A stretch of 56,963 bases of DNA, taken from the NCBI GenBank assembly GCA_021845885.1, contig JAJZVB010000001.1, positions 1 to 56,963 on the forward strand. Direction: 5' to 3'. The notes beneath the pieces are model-generated. The model had not been told where the DNA came from, made no database searches, and was given only the letters and a program-made list of their open reading frames with translations. Source of the DNA: Pseudomonadota bacterium. Its GTDB lineage: Bacteria; Pseudomonadota; Gammaproteobacteria; Burkholderiales; JABEVD01. Made by a program: the position numbers and the translations under genes. Positions 9,166-18,244 of the stretch are shown in pieces (the first letter of the stretch is position 1; every line of letters begins with the position of its first letter).

Positions 9166-11841
9166 ATGAATACTGAACCTGAATCCAAAACGCTTTTGCT
9201 CGTCGACGGGTCTTCCTACCTCTACCGGGCCTATCACGCGCTCCCTGATCTGAGAAACCGCGAAAACGAGCCGACAGGCGCGCTTTACGGCATCCTCAAC
9301 ATGCTGCGCCGCCTGCACAAGGACGTCAAGGCGGATTATAGCGCCTGCGTCTTCGACGCCAAAGGCAAAACTTTCAGGGACGAATGGTATCCCGAATACA
9401 AGGCGCATCGTCCCCCCATGCCTGAGGACCTCGCTTTCCAGGTCGATCCCATTTTTCAGGCGATTCAAGCGACGGGCTGGCCGCTTGTCGTGGTCGAAGG
9501 GGTGGAAGCCGATGACGTGATCGGCACGCTCGCCTCGAAGGCTTCCAGCCTGGGGTTGAAAACCGTCATATCGACCGGCGACAAGGACATGGCCCAGCTC
9601 GTCAATCCGAATGTCAGACTCGTCAATACCATGAGCGAAGAATGGCTGGACGAGGAGGGGGTGTCCATGAAATTCGGCGTGAAGCCCGGGCGCATCGTCG
9701 ACTATCTGGCGCTCGTCGGGGATGCCGTCGACAACGTCCCGGGGGTCGAGAAGGTCGGCCCGAAGACTGCGGCGAAATGGCTCTCCCATTACGGTAGCTT
9801 GGACAACCTGGTGATGCATGCCGAAGAAATATCCGGCGTGGTCGGGGAAAACCTGAGAAAGTCCCTCGAATGGCTACCCATGGCGAGGAGGCTTCTCACC
9901 ATCAAATGCGATCTCGATCTTGGGCTTTCCTGGGATGATCTTGTCGAAAAACCGAAAGACAGAAAGAAGCTGCATGACCTGTACACGCGCTTCGAATTCA
10001 GGACATGGCTGAAGGAATTGGAATCGGAAGCCGGCGATCCTCCGGATCCCTTGCGCTATGAGGCGATCACAGACGAATCGAAGCTGGAGTCCTGGATGAA
10101 AAAGCTCGAAAATTCTCCCCTGACCTTCATCCATGTTGAAACGACCGATTCGGAGCCCATGGAGGCTCAAATCGTCGGCCTGGCCTTTTGCCTGGAAGCC
10201 GGGGAGGCGGCCTATCTTCCCCTGAAGCATGCACATGTTCAGGAGCAGCTCGGTTTCAGGCAGGTCATGGAAAGAATGAAGGGCTGGCTCGAATCGGATG
10301 AAATGAAGAAGGGGGGGCATGACGTCAAATTCATGAAGCATGTTTTTTCCAACCACGATATTTCGCTTTCAGGCCTGCATCACGATGTCGAACTCGAATC
10401 CTACGTATTGGAGAGCCACAAGCCCCACGATATGGAAAGCCTGACGCAGAGGCACCTGGATCTGAAGAAAAGATCGAGGGAGGAAATCGTCGGAAAGGGG
10501 GCTGGAAAAATAGGCTTCGAGCAGGTCGATCTCGAAGTGGCTTCGAAATACGCCTGCGAAGCGGCAGACCAGCTTTTCCGTCTTCATCATGCCCTTTTTC
10601 CGCAAATCGGCGAAAAGCTGTTTCATGTCTATATGGGAATAGAAATGCCGGTATCAAGCATTCTTTTCAGAATGGAAAGAAAGGGCATCCTGCTCGATTC
10701 CAGAATGCTCGGCATCCAGAGCAGGGAACTCGGGGAAAAGCTCCTGGATCTCGAGAGGAGGGCCTACGACATGGCCGGCCAGCCTTTCAACCTCAATTCG
10801 CCCAAGCAGATCCAGGAAATCCTCTTCGATATATTGAAGCTCCCGGTCGTCAAGAAGACCCAGACAGGCGCCCCTTCGACAGACGAGGAAGTGCTGGAAG
10901 CGCTCGCGCTCGACTACCCATTGCCCAAGATCCTGCTCGAATACCGGGGGCTCGCGAAGCTCAAATCGACCTACACGGACAAGCTGCCGAAAATGGTCAA
11001 TCCGGGAACGGGAAGGGTCCACACCACCTATGCCCAGGCTGTCGCCGTGACGGGAAGGCTTTCCAGCCTTTCCCCCAATCTTCAGAACATTCCGGCGAGG
11101 ACCGAAGAGGGAAGGAAGATCAGGGAAGCCATCGTGGCACCGAAAGGGCATCGCCTCGTATCTGCCGACTATTCCCAGATCGAGCTCAGGATCATGGCGC
11201 ATATATCGAAGGATTCCGGGCTTCTCGGCGCCTTCGCGAAAGGCGAGGATATCCATCGCGCGACAGCTTCAGAGATTTTCGGGGTACTGCCACATGACGT
11301 TTCTCCCGAGCAGCGCCGCTATGCCAAGGTCATCAATTTCGGACTGATCTACGGCATGTCCGTGTTCGGCCTGGCTTCCCAGCTCGGGGTCGACAGGAAT
11401 TCCGCCCAGGTCTATATCGACCGCTATTTCTCGAGATACCCCGGGGTCGCTGAATACATGCGGAAAACACGGGAGGAGGCGAAGAAAAAAGGTTATGTGG
11501 AGACCGTCTTCGGCAGAAGGCTCTGGCTCCCGGAGATCAACAGTTCGAACGGCGCCAGACGTTCGGCTGCGGAGCGCGCTGCGATCAACGCGCCCATGCA
11601 GGGCACAGCGGCGGACCTCATCAAGCTCGCCATGATCTCGGTCCAGGAATGGATCGATTCGGAAAAACTTTCTTCCAGGCTGGTCATGCAGGTTCACGAC
11701 GAGCTTGTATTGGAAGTGCCCGAAAACGAGCTCGAACGGGTAATGAAAAAGTTGCCTGAATTGATGGGGAATGCTGCGAGGCTTTCCATTCCCCTGCTCG
11801 TCGATTGCGGCTCGGGATACAACTGGGGCGAGGCGCATTGA
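9166..11841 (+). CDS. polA: DNA polymerase I
   Basis: 891 aa with a 5'-nuclease N-terminus (LLLVDGSSYLYRAYHA), a 3'-5' exonuclease region and polymerase motifs (DYSQIELRIMAH, QVHDELVLE). Confidence 0.97.
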   Translation: MNTEPESKTLLLVDGSSYLYRAYHALPDLRNRENEPTGALYGILNMLRRLHKDVKADYSACVFDAKGKTFRDEWYPEYKAHRPPMPEDLAFQVDPIFQAIQATGWPLVVVEGVEADDVIGTLASKASSLGLKTVISTGDKDMAQLVNPNVRLVNTMSEEWLDEEGVSMKFGVKPGRIVDYLALVGDAVDNVPGVEKVGPKTAAKWLSHYGSLDNLVMHAEEISGVVGENLRKSLEWLPMARRLLTIKCDLDLGLSWDDLVEKPKDRKKLHDLYTRFEFRTWLKELESEAGDPPDPLRYEAITDESKLESWMKKLENSPLTFIHVETTDSEPMEAQIVGLAFCLEAGEAAYLPLKHAHVQEQLGFRQVMERMKGWLESDEMKKGGHDVKFMKHVFSNHDISLSGLHHDVELESYVLESHKPHDMESLTQRHLDLKKRSREEIVGKGAGKIGFEQVDLEVASKYACEAADQLFRLHHALFPQIGEKLFHVYMGIEMPVSSILFRMERKGILLDSRMLGIQSRELGEKLLDLERRAYDMAGQPFNLNSPKQIQEILFDILKLPVVKKTQTGAPSTDEEVLEALALDYPLPKILLEYRGLAKLKSTYTDKLPKMVNPGTGRVHTTYAQAVAVTGRLSSLSPNLQNIPARTEEGRKIREAIVAPKGHRLVSADYSQIELRIMAHISKDSGLLGAFAKGEDIHRATASEIFGVLPHDVSPEQRRYAKVINFGLIYGMSVFGLASQLGVDRNSAQVYIDRYFSRYPGVAEYMRKTREEAKKKGYVETVFGRRLWLPEINSSNGARRSAAERAAINAPMQGTAADLIKLAMISVQEWIDSEKLSSRLVMQVHDELVLEVPENELERVMKKLPELMGNAARLSIPLLVDCGSGYNWGEAH

Positions 11842-12185
11842 TGAATTTCGGAAAAACGCTCGAGGCATGGGGAACCCCCGCTTTCGCCGAAGCGTTCAAG
11901 GAAGAGGTGAGGAAAAACAGGGCGGGGCTTCCCCTTCAGAAAGGCTTGAATTCGACGAGCTACGCCCTGGATGAAAGGGTCGAGGCGATGGTCATCGGTA
12001 CTGCCGAAAAGGGAAATTTCCTGATCGTCAAGGCGGGGGCATTCTTCCAGGGCCTGCTCATCGGATGCAGCTGCGCAGACGATCCCACGCCCGTCGGGGA
12101 AGAGAACGAATATTGCGAGCTGTTTTTCAGGATAGACAGGAAAACGGGAGAGACCCTGGTTTTTTTCCCGGAAGACCATGAATAG
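11841..12185 (+). CDS. Hypothetical protein, translationally coupled to polA
   Basis: The ATG at 11841 overlaps the polA stop (TGATG) and is in frame with track ORF 11805..12185. I recognise no family. Confidence 0.5.
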   Translation: MNFGKTLEAWGTPAFAEAFKEEVRKNRAGLPLQKGLNSTSYALDERVEAMVIGTAEKGNFLIVKAGAFFQGLLIGCSCADDPTPVGEENEYCELFFRIDRKTGETLVFFPEDHE

Positions 12186-12576
12186 CAGCCTGGAAATCCA
12201 TGTCGAGTTTTCCTTCAAGGGGGAGGATCATGTGTTTTCAGAAGTCCTCGATCTCGACGAAATTCTCCAAAAATCGGTTATTTCACCGTCATTTCACGCG
12301 ATCATTGCCAAAAACAACGACATCGACGTTCATTCCTATCTTTTTGAGGTGCTGGAGCAGGCCGAGTTGGTTTATGTCAAGGCGACGGGCCTCGCCTCCG
12401 GATTCCTGAAGGAGGGTTATTTCGACCTGGAAGGCTTTTCGGAAAAATGGCGCGAAAGCAGGACAATAGATCTGTTGAGGCCGATCGCGCTTCGGGAGCT
12501 CGGCATCGATCCCGACTCGGATCCCGGGCTCAGGGCTGCAATGCTGGAGGCCTACAGGCTGGGGAAAATTTCCTGA
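12178..12576 (+). CDS. Hypothetical protein
   Basis: 132-aa ORF whose start overlaps the previous stop by 8 nt. Composition is ordinary for coding sequence. I recognise no family. Confidence 0.5.
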   Translation: MNSSLEIHVEFSFKGEDHVFSEVLDLDEILQKSVISPSFHAIIAKNNDIDVHSYLFEVLEQAELVYVKATGLASGFLKEGYFDLEGFSEKWRESRTIDLLRPIALRELGIDPDSDPGLRAAMLEAYRLGKIS

Positions 12577-12679
12577 TCGGCGGCTGAGGCGTCCGCTATG
12601 CGCAAGACACCGGTAGCGCGCTACTTCCGCCGCATGCCCATTTGCTTACCTTGGAGCGAGTTCGCCGAAACCGGAAAAC

Positions 12680-12698
12680 CGGGGACAGACCACGATTT
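12680..12698. repeat. Left inverted repeat flanking the RayT-like gene
   Basis: ggggacagaccacgatttc. It matches the reverse complement of 13441..13459 at 18 of 19 positions. Confidence 0.8.
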
Positions 12699-12734
12699 CT
12701 TATAAGCTGGCTATACTGATAATTTGGATATCGG

Positions 12735-13436
12735 GTGCTTCAGGTGCCACGTCGAGCGCGCATACGACATGCGGGGATTGCGCTTCATGTGATCCAGCGG
12801 GGAAACAATCATTCGGCCTGTTTTTATGCTGAGACGGACTATCGCAGCTATCTGGACTGGCTTCGTGAATTGGCCGGGAAAACAGGTTGTACAATTCACG
12901 CTTATTGCCTAATGACGAACCATGTTCATCTGCTGCTTACGCCCAGTCACGATGACAGCGCATCCATGTTGATGAAGTATTTGGGACAGCGCTATGTACA
13001 ATATGTCAATCGCACGTACAAACGAACGGGAACGCTGTGGGAAGGCCGTTTCCGATCAAGCTTGGTGCAAGGGGACTATTATGTTCTTTCCTGTTACCGC
13101 TACATCGAGTCGAATCCTGTACGGGCGGCAATGGTCGGGAATGTCTTGGAATACCCCTGGTCGAGTTACCGTTTCAACTCCGGGATCGAAGAATCGGGTT
13201 GGCTCGTTTTTCATCCGGCATATCTTGAGCTGGGGGAAAATAGGGATGCCAGATATGCTGCTTACCGGGAATTGTTTGACGCTGGTCTCGACTCGGATAT
13301 GATTGAAAAAATCAGCCAGCGAACGAACGGCGGATTTGCTTTGGGTGATGAACGCTTTTTGGCCGAGATCGAAACGATGTTGAATCGCCGGGTATCTCCA
13401 GCTAGGGCTGGGAGGCCGAAGAAATCGAGTAAGTGA
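12735..13436 (+). CDS. REP-associated tyrosine transposase (IS200/IS605-type Y1 transposase, RayT-like)
   Basis: HUH motif in LMTNHVHLLLTP and a catalytic-Tyr region YRYIESNPVRAAMV. The N-terminal VPRRARI...HVIQRGNN is typical of RayT. The start is GTG at 12735 or GTG at 12744. Confidence 0.85.
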   Translation: MLQVPRRARIRHAGIALHVIQRGNNHSACFYAETDYRSYLDWLRELAGKTGCTIHAYCLMTNHVHLLLTPSHDDSASMLMKYLGQRYVQYVNRTYKRTGTLWEGRFRSSLVQGDYYVLSCYRYIESNPVRAAMVGNVLEYPWSSYRFNSGIEESGWLVFHPAYLELGENRDARYAAYRELFDAGLDSDMIEKISQRTNGGFALGDERFLAEIETMLNRRVSPARAGRPKKSSK

Positions 13437-13440
13437 ATTT

Positions 13441-13459
13441 GAAATGGTGGTCTGTCCCC
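13441..13459. repeat. Right inverted repeat flanking the RayT-like gene
   Basis: gaaatggtggtctgtcccc, the reverse complement of the left repeat with one mismatch. Confidence 0.8.
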
Positions 13460-13952
13460 TATTCGGAGTCCTCGCCCGCATTCGCGCTGCTGGTCAATGC
13501 GCTGCGCTACCAATCAGGAGATAACGAATGGACTTCGGGTACGCGGCGGAAGTAAGTTATACAGCCCAATTGTCCGTTATTTCTCGCAGAGCAGACAAAT
13601 GTCTCCTCATGGCATATTCCTCATGTGTGCCTGCCCGATTTTTGAAATAATTTCGCATGCGTTGAACCATGTTCGGAATTGCTCTGTCTTCCGGGAATGT
13701 CGCAGAACATCGTAACATTCTGATAAACTTGGAATGCCGCCGTTTCTATTTGTAACTTATTGTAATAGAAAGGGGATGGCGCTTGTTCCTGGATCGGTGA
13801 TTCTGCTAGCATGGACAGTTGCCATCGAACGGAATCCCGAAGTCGCATAAGATTTTCTTAAATGCCAGGCAAAAAAATCTCGTTTGTCCGGCATGATGGC
13901 GAACCCTACAATCGAAAGCTTTTAAGGCATTTTTCCCTGTTCCGGAGACAGC

Positions 13953-16900
13953 GTGTGGATTGTTAAGATCGCCCTGAGAAGGCCCTATACTTTTATCGTG
14001 ATGGCGCTCGTCATCGTGCTCATGGGGCTTTATGCGCTCTATACCACGGCCACGGACATCTTCCCTGACATACGCATCCCAGTCGTTTCCGTGGTCTGGA
14101 ACTATACCGGGCTTCAGCCCGAGGACATGGCCAACCGCATCGTTTCCTTCACGGAGCGGGTGGCCACCACGACGGTCAACGACATCGAGCATACCGAATC
14201 GAATTCGCTGAACGGCATCGCCGTAGTGAAGTATTTCTTCCAGCCCCATGTCAATGAGGATCTGGCCGTCGCGCAGATCACTTCCATTTCGCAGACGATG
14301 CTGAGGCAGATGCCCGGGGGAACCACCCCTCCCTTCATCCTGGCCTACAATGCTTCCAGCGTGCCCGTATTGCAGATCGCGCTCGCGAGCCCGAGGCTTT
14401 CCGAGGCGGAGCTTTTCGATCTGGGCAACAACTTCATCCGAACCCAGCTTTCGACCGTCGCCGGCGTATCCCTTCCCTGGCCCTACGGCGGAAAGCAGAG
14501 GCAGGTCCAGGTGGATATCGATCCCGCAGCGCTCAGGGCGAAGGGCATTTCGTCCCTCGACGTGATGCAGGCGATATCCAACCAGAACCTGATCATTCCC
14601 GCGGGCACCCAGAAGATCAGCGATCTCGAGTATTTCGTCAAGCTCAATGCCAGTCCTTCCAGGATCGCCGATCTGAACAACATTCCGGTCAAAAGCGTCA
14701 ATGGCGCGGTGATCTACGTCAAGGACGTGGCGCATGTTCGGGACGGCTATCCGCCCCAGACCAACATGGTGCGCATGGAAGGGCACAGGGCCGTGCTCAT
14801 GAGTGTGCTGAAGACGGGCAGCGCATCGACGCTCAACATCGTCGACAGCATCAAGGCCATGATGCCCGACGTGAAGGCGGGGCTGCCGGGCGACCTGAAT
14901 GTTTCACTGCTCGCCGACCAGTCCCTGTTCGTCAGGGCAGCAGTTTCGGGAGTGGTGCGGGAAGGATTGATCGCGGCTGCATTGACCGCGATCATGATCC
15001 TGCTCTTCCTGGGAAGCTGGCGCAGCACTTTCATCATCGCCATTTCCATTCCGCTTTCGGTTCTGGCCTCCATCGTCTGCCTTTCATTGCTCGGTGAAAC
15101 CATCAACATCATGACGCTGGGGGGGCTCGCGCTGGCCGTCGGCATCCTCGTCGACGATGCCACGGTGACCATCGAGAACATCAACTGGCATCTCGAGCAT
15201 GGCAAGAGCGTGCATGATGCGATACTCGACGGCGCCGACCAGATCGCCATTCCGGCCCTGGTTTCGACCTTGTGCATCTGCATCGTTTTCGCCCCGATGT
15301 TCCTTCTCGGGGGCGTTGCGCGTTATCTTTTCGTGCCGATGGCGGAATCGGTGGTTTTCGCCATGCTCGCCTCCTATCTTCTTTCCCGTACGCTGGTGCC
15401 GACCCTCGCCATGTACTGGCTGAAGCCGCACGAAGAGGAAAAGGCGCCGTCCGGTTCTTTGTTCGGTCGCGTCAGTCAGGCCTTCGAAAACGGCTTCGAG
15501 AATCTGCGCAGGCGCTATCAGACGGCGCTTTCGGCCGTATTGCAAGTGCCGAGGGAGTTCGTGGTAGGATTTCTCCTTCTCGTTGTCCTGAGTCTCTTTC
15601 TCTATCCTTATATGGGTTCGGACTTCTTCCCTTCAGTGGACGCAGGGCAGATCAAGCTGCACTTGAGGGCGAGGACCGGCATCCGCATCGAGCAGGCGGC
15701 GGTATTGTGCGATGAGGTGGAGGCTGTAGTGAAGACGGTCATTCCCGCTGAAGAACTGGACAGCATGGTGGACAACATCGGGCTTCCCTACAGCGGCATC
15801 AATCTTTCCTACAGCACTTCGGCTCCGATAGGCGCGGGGGATGCCGACATACTGATTTCGCTGAAATCCGGCCACCGTCCGACCGAGGCCTATATCGAAA
15901 CATTGCGCAAGGAGCTGAACAGGCGTTTTCCCGACACCCAGTTTTCCTTCCTTCCCGCCGACATCGTCAGCCAGATCCTCAATTTCGGCCTGCCCGCGCC
16001 TGTCGATATCCAGATTGCAGGCTACAACGTCAAGGCCAATCATCTTTACGCGGACAGGCTGCTGCAGTCTCTGAATCAGGTGCCGGGGCTCGTCGATCAG
16101 CGCATCCAGCAACGCTACGATTATCCCCAGATCAATGTCGATGTCGACCGCTCCAGGGCGAGCCTCCTCGGCCTCACCGAAAACGACGTCGCCCGGAACC
16201 TGCTCATCACCCTCTCTGGGAGCTTCCAGACCAACCCGACTTTCTGGGTCGATCCCAAGACAGGCGTGCAATACAGCGTCGCCACCCAGGCGCCCCAGTA
16301 CCGCATGCAGAATCTGAACGATCTTGCGCAGATGCCTGTCACGAACGGCAACGGGCAATCGCCGCAGCTTCTTTCCAACCTGGCGAGCTTCCATCGCACG
16401 TCCGGGCCCGCAGTCGTCACGCACTATAACGTCAAACCGGTTTTCGACATTTATGCCAGCACTTCAGGGCGCGACCTGGGCGGCGTGGCGAAAGACATCA
16501 GTGCGATCGTTGCCAAGGCTCCCGCCTTGCCGAAAGGGAGCACCCTCACCCTCAGGGGGCAGGTGGAAACCATGCAGAGCGCCTTCCACGGGCTTGCCTG
16601 GGGCCTTCTTGCCGCAATCGTGCTGATCTATCTGCTGATCGTGGTGAATTTCCAGTCCTGGCTTTATCCTTTCATCATCATCACGGCATTGCCCGCAGCC
16701 CTTGCGGGAATCGTCTGGATGCTTTTCCTGACCGGGACCCGGATCAGCGTACCCGCGCTCACCGGGGCCATCATGTGCATGGGCGTTGCCACGGCCAACA
16801 GCATCCTGGTGGTCAGCTTCGCGCGGGAGCGCGTCAAGGCGGGCGACACGCCCATGCAGGCGGCCCTTGCCGCAGGCTATACCCGCCTGAGGCCCGTGCT

Positions 16901-17105
16901 GATGACCGCTGCTGCCATGATCATCGGCATGCTGCCCATGGCCTTGGGCCTGGGGGAAGGGGGCGAGCAGAATGCGCCCCTCGGGCGCGCAGTGATCGGA
17001 GGGCTGGTGCTTGCCACGGTCGCGACCCTGTTTTTCGTCCCTGCAGTGTTCTCCCTGATCCGCAATCAATCCGTTATAGAAGCAAAGAGCGAGCACCCCC
17101 TATGA
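13953..17105 (+). CDS. Efflux RND transporter permease subunit
   Basis: 1050 aa with a GTG start. It shows the AcrB/HAE-type layout of 12 TM segments and two large periplasmic loops, for example LGGLALAVGILVDDATV. Confidence 0.93.
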   Translation: MWIVKIALRRPYTFIVMALVIVLMGLYALYTTATDIFPDIRIPVVSVVWNYTGLQPEDMANRIVSFTERVATTTVNDIEHTESNSLNGIAVVKYFFQPHVNEDLAVAQITSISQTMLRQMPGGTTPPFILAYNASSVPVLQIALASPRLSEAELFDLGNNFIRTQLSTVAGVSLPWPYGGKQRQVQVDIDPAALRAKGISSLDVMQAISNQNLIIPAGTQKISDLEYFVKLNASPSRIADLNNIPVKSVNGAVIYVKDVAHVRDGYPPQTNMVRMEGHRAVLMSVLKTGSASTLNIVDSIKAMMPDVKAGLPGDLNVSLLADQSLFVRAAVSGVVREGLIAAALTAIMILLFLGSWRSTFIIAISIPLSVLASIVCLSLLGETINIMTLGGLALAVGILVDDATVTIENINWHLEHGKSVHDAILDGADQIAIPALVSTLCICIVFAPMFLLGGVARYLFVPMAESVVFAMLASYLLSRTLVPTLAMYWLKPHEEEKAPSGSLFGRVSQAFENGFENLRRRYQTALSAVLQVPREFVVGFLLLVVLSLFLYPYMGSDFFPSVDAGQIKLHLRARTGIRIEQAAVLCDEVEAVVKTVIPAEELDSMVDNIGLPYSGINLSYSTSAPIGAGDADILISLKSGHRPTEAYIETLRKELNRRFPDTQFSFLPADIVSQILNFGLPAPVDIQIAGYNVKANHLYADRLLQSLNQVPGLVDQRIQQRYDYPQINVDVDRSRASLLGLTENDVARNLLITLSGSFQTNPTFWVDPKTGVQYSVATQAPQYRMQNLNDLAQMPVTNGNGQSPQLLSNLASFHRTSGPAVVTHYNVKPVFDIYASTSGRDLGGVAKDISAIVAKAPALPKGSTLTLRGQVETMQSAFHGLAWGLLAAIVLIYLLIVVNFQSWLYPFIIITALPAALAGIVWMLFLTGTRISVPALTGAIMCMGVATANSILVVSFARERVKAGDTPMQAALAAGYTRLRPVLMTAAAMIIGMLPMALGLGEGGEQNAPLGRAVIGGLVLATVATLFFVPAVFSLIRNQSVIEAKSEHPL

Positions 17106-18244
17106 TTCGATCATCACTTAGAAGGACATTTGTCCTGGTTTTGCTGGCCATGGGCCTCCTTGCAGGCGCGGGCATTCTGACCCGGGAGCATCATCTGAAA
17201 AACCTGAAGCGGGAGGCCGAAAAAGCTTCGTTGCAGCAGGTCATCGTCTTTTCCCCGCTGCCAGAATCCCCGGCATCCATCCTCGTTCTGCCCGGGGATG
17301 TCCAGGCATTCAAGGATGCGTCCCTTTATGCGAGAAGCCCTGGATATGTCAGGAAATGGTATGCCGACATCGGAACCGAGGTGGCAAAGGGGGATCCCAT
17401 CGCTAAGATCGAGACGCCTGAACTCGATGCCCAGGTTCGGCAGGCGAAATCGGACATTTCCACGGCGAAAGCCAATTACGACCTGGCCAAAATCACTCTG
17501 GATCGCTGGCAGGTGCTAGTGAAAACCAGGACGGTTTCCGAACAGGATCTGGAGAACAAGCTCGGAGACGAGGCGGCCAAAAAGGCGACTCTCGATTCGG
17601 CCAGGGCTCGCCTGGATCAGCTGCTTGCGCTTCAGTCTTTTGAACAGGTCCGCGCGCCTTTTTCAGGAACGGTCTCGGTCAGAAATGTGGACATTGGGGA
17701 TCTCGTGGAAGCCGGTCCTTCAGGGCGCGAGCTTTTCCATATGGTGGATAGGCATAGGCTGCGCATTTACGTCCAGGTCCCTCAGCCTCAGGCCAATGAA
17801 ATCAGGGCGGGCATGGACGCGGAAATGAGCGTGCCCGAATATCCGGGTCGCCGCTTCAGGGCCGAAGTGATCAAGAATGCCGGCGCGCTCGATACCAAAT
17901 CACGCACCGTTCTGGTCGAACTCCTTTTCGACAATGCTGCCGGCCTGATCAATCCCGGGGATTATGCCAGGGTTTCCTTCAGGACGAGTGTGGCTGCCCC
18001 AAGGCTGATCATACCCATCACTGCGCTGTTGTTCAGGGGAGAGGGGCTGCAGGTGGCCGCGGTGGACCGGAATCGCCGCGTGCATCTTGTCAAGGTCGTC
18101 CCCGGCCGCGATTTCGGAAAAAGCATGGAAATATTGTCCGGGCTGGCGGGGGGCGACACCGTCATCGACAATCCGCCTGACTCGATCATGGAAGGGCAGC
18201 AGGTCGTCGTGGCATCGGTTAGAAAGCTCAAGGCTGTGAAATGA
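17102..18244 (+). CDS. Efflux RND periplasmic adaptor (MFP) subunit
   Basis: The ATG at 17102 makes an ATGA overlap with the RND stop and is in frame with track ORF 16775..18244. It has an N-terminal anchor, a lipoyl-like hairpin (KGDPIAKIETPELDAQV...VRAPFSGTVSVRNVDIGDLV) and a coiled coil. Confidence 0.88.
   Translation: MIRSSLRRTFVLVLLAMGLLAGAGILTREHHLKNLKREAEKASLQQVIVFSPLPESPASILVLPGDVQAFKDASLYARSPGYVRKWYADIGTEVAKGDPIAKIETPELDAQVRQAKSDISTAKANYDLAKITLDRWQVLVKTRTVSEQDLENKLGDEAAKKATLDSARARLDQLLALQSFEQVRAPFSGTVSVRNVDIGDLVEAGPSGRELFHMVDRHRLRIYVQVPQPQANEIRAGMDAEMSVPEYPGRRFRAEVIKNAGALDTKSRTVLVELLFDNAAGLINPGDYARVSFRTSVAAPRLIIPITALLFRGEGLQVAAVDRNRRVHLVKVVPGRDFGKSMEILSGLAGGDTVIDNPPDSIMEGQQVVVASVRKLKAVK

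Larger units (their letters stand above)
12611..13554. mobile_element. RayT/REP-like unit: Y1 transposase gene bracketed by inverted repeats
   Basis: See the two repeat features and the CDS below. A second inverted pair is tacttccgccgc (12621..12632) with gcggcggaagta (13543..13554). A perfect 12-bp palindrome gtagcgcgctac lies at 12612..12623. Confidence 0.6.

Noticed and set aside
8980-9819. 279-aa minus-strand ORF spanning the LOG start and the polA 5' region
   Set aside because: It is antisense to polA, whose N-terminal nuclease motifs are unambiguous. It has no recognisable motifs of its own.
13504-13511. gcgctacc matching the reverse complement of ggtagcgc at 12611..12618, as a third inverted pair around the RayT gene
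   Set aside because: Its position is not mirrored relative to the other two pairs, since it lies inside rather than outside the gcggcggaagta repeat. At only 8 bp it is probably coincidental.
13497-13848. Small ORFs (72 aa plus strand, 75 aa minus strand) in the 516-bp region upstream of the RND operon
   Set aside because: They are short, mutually overlapping and lack any motif or RBS context that I could support. I treated the stretch as non-coding leader or promoter DNA.
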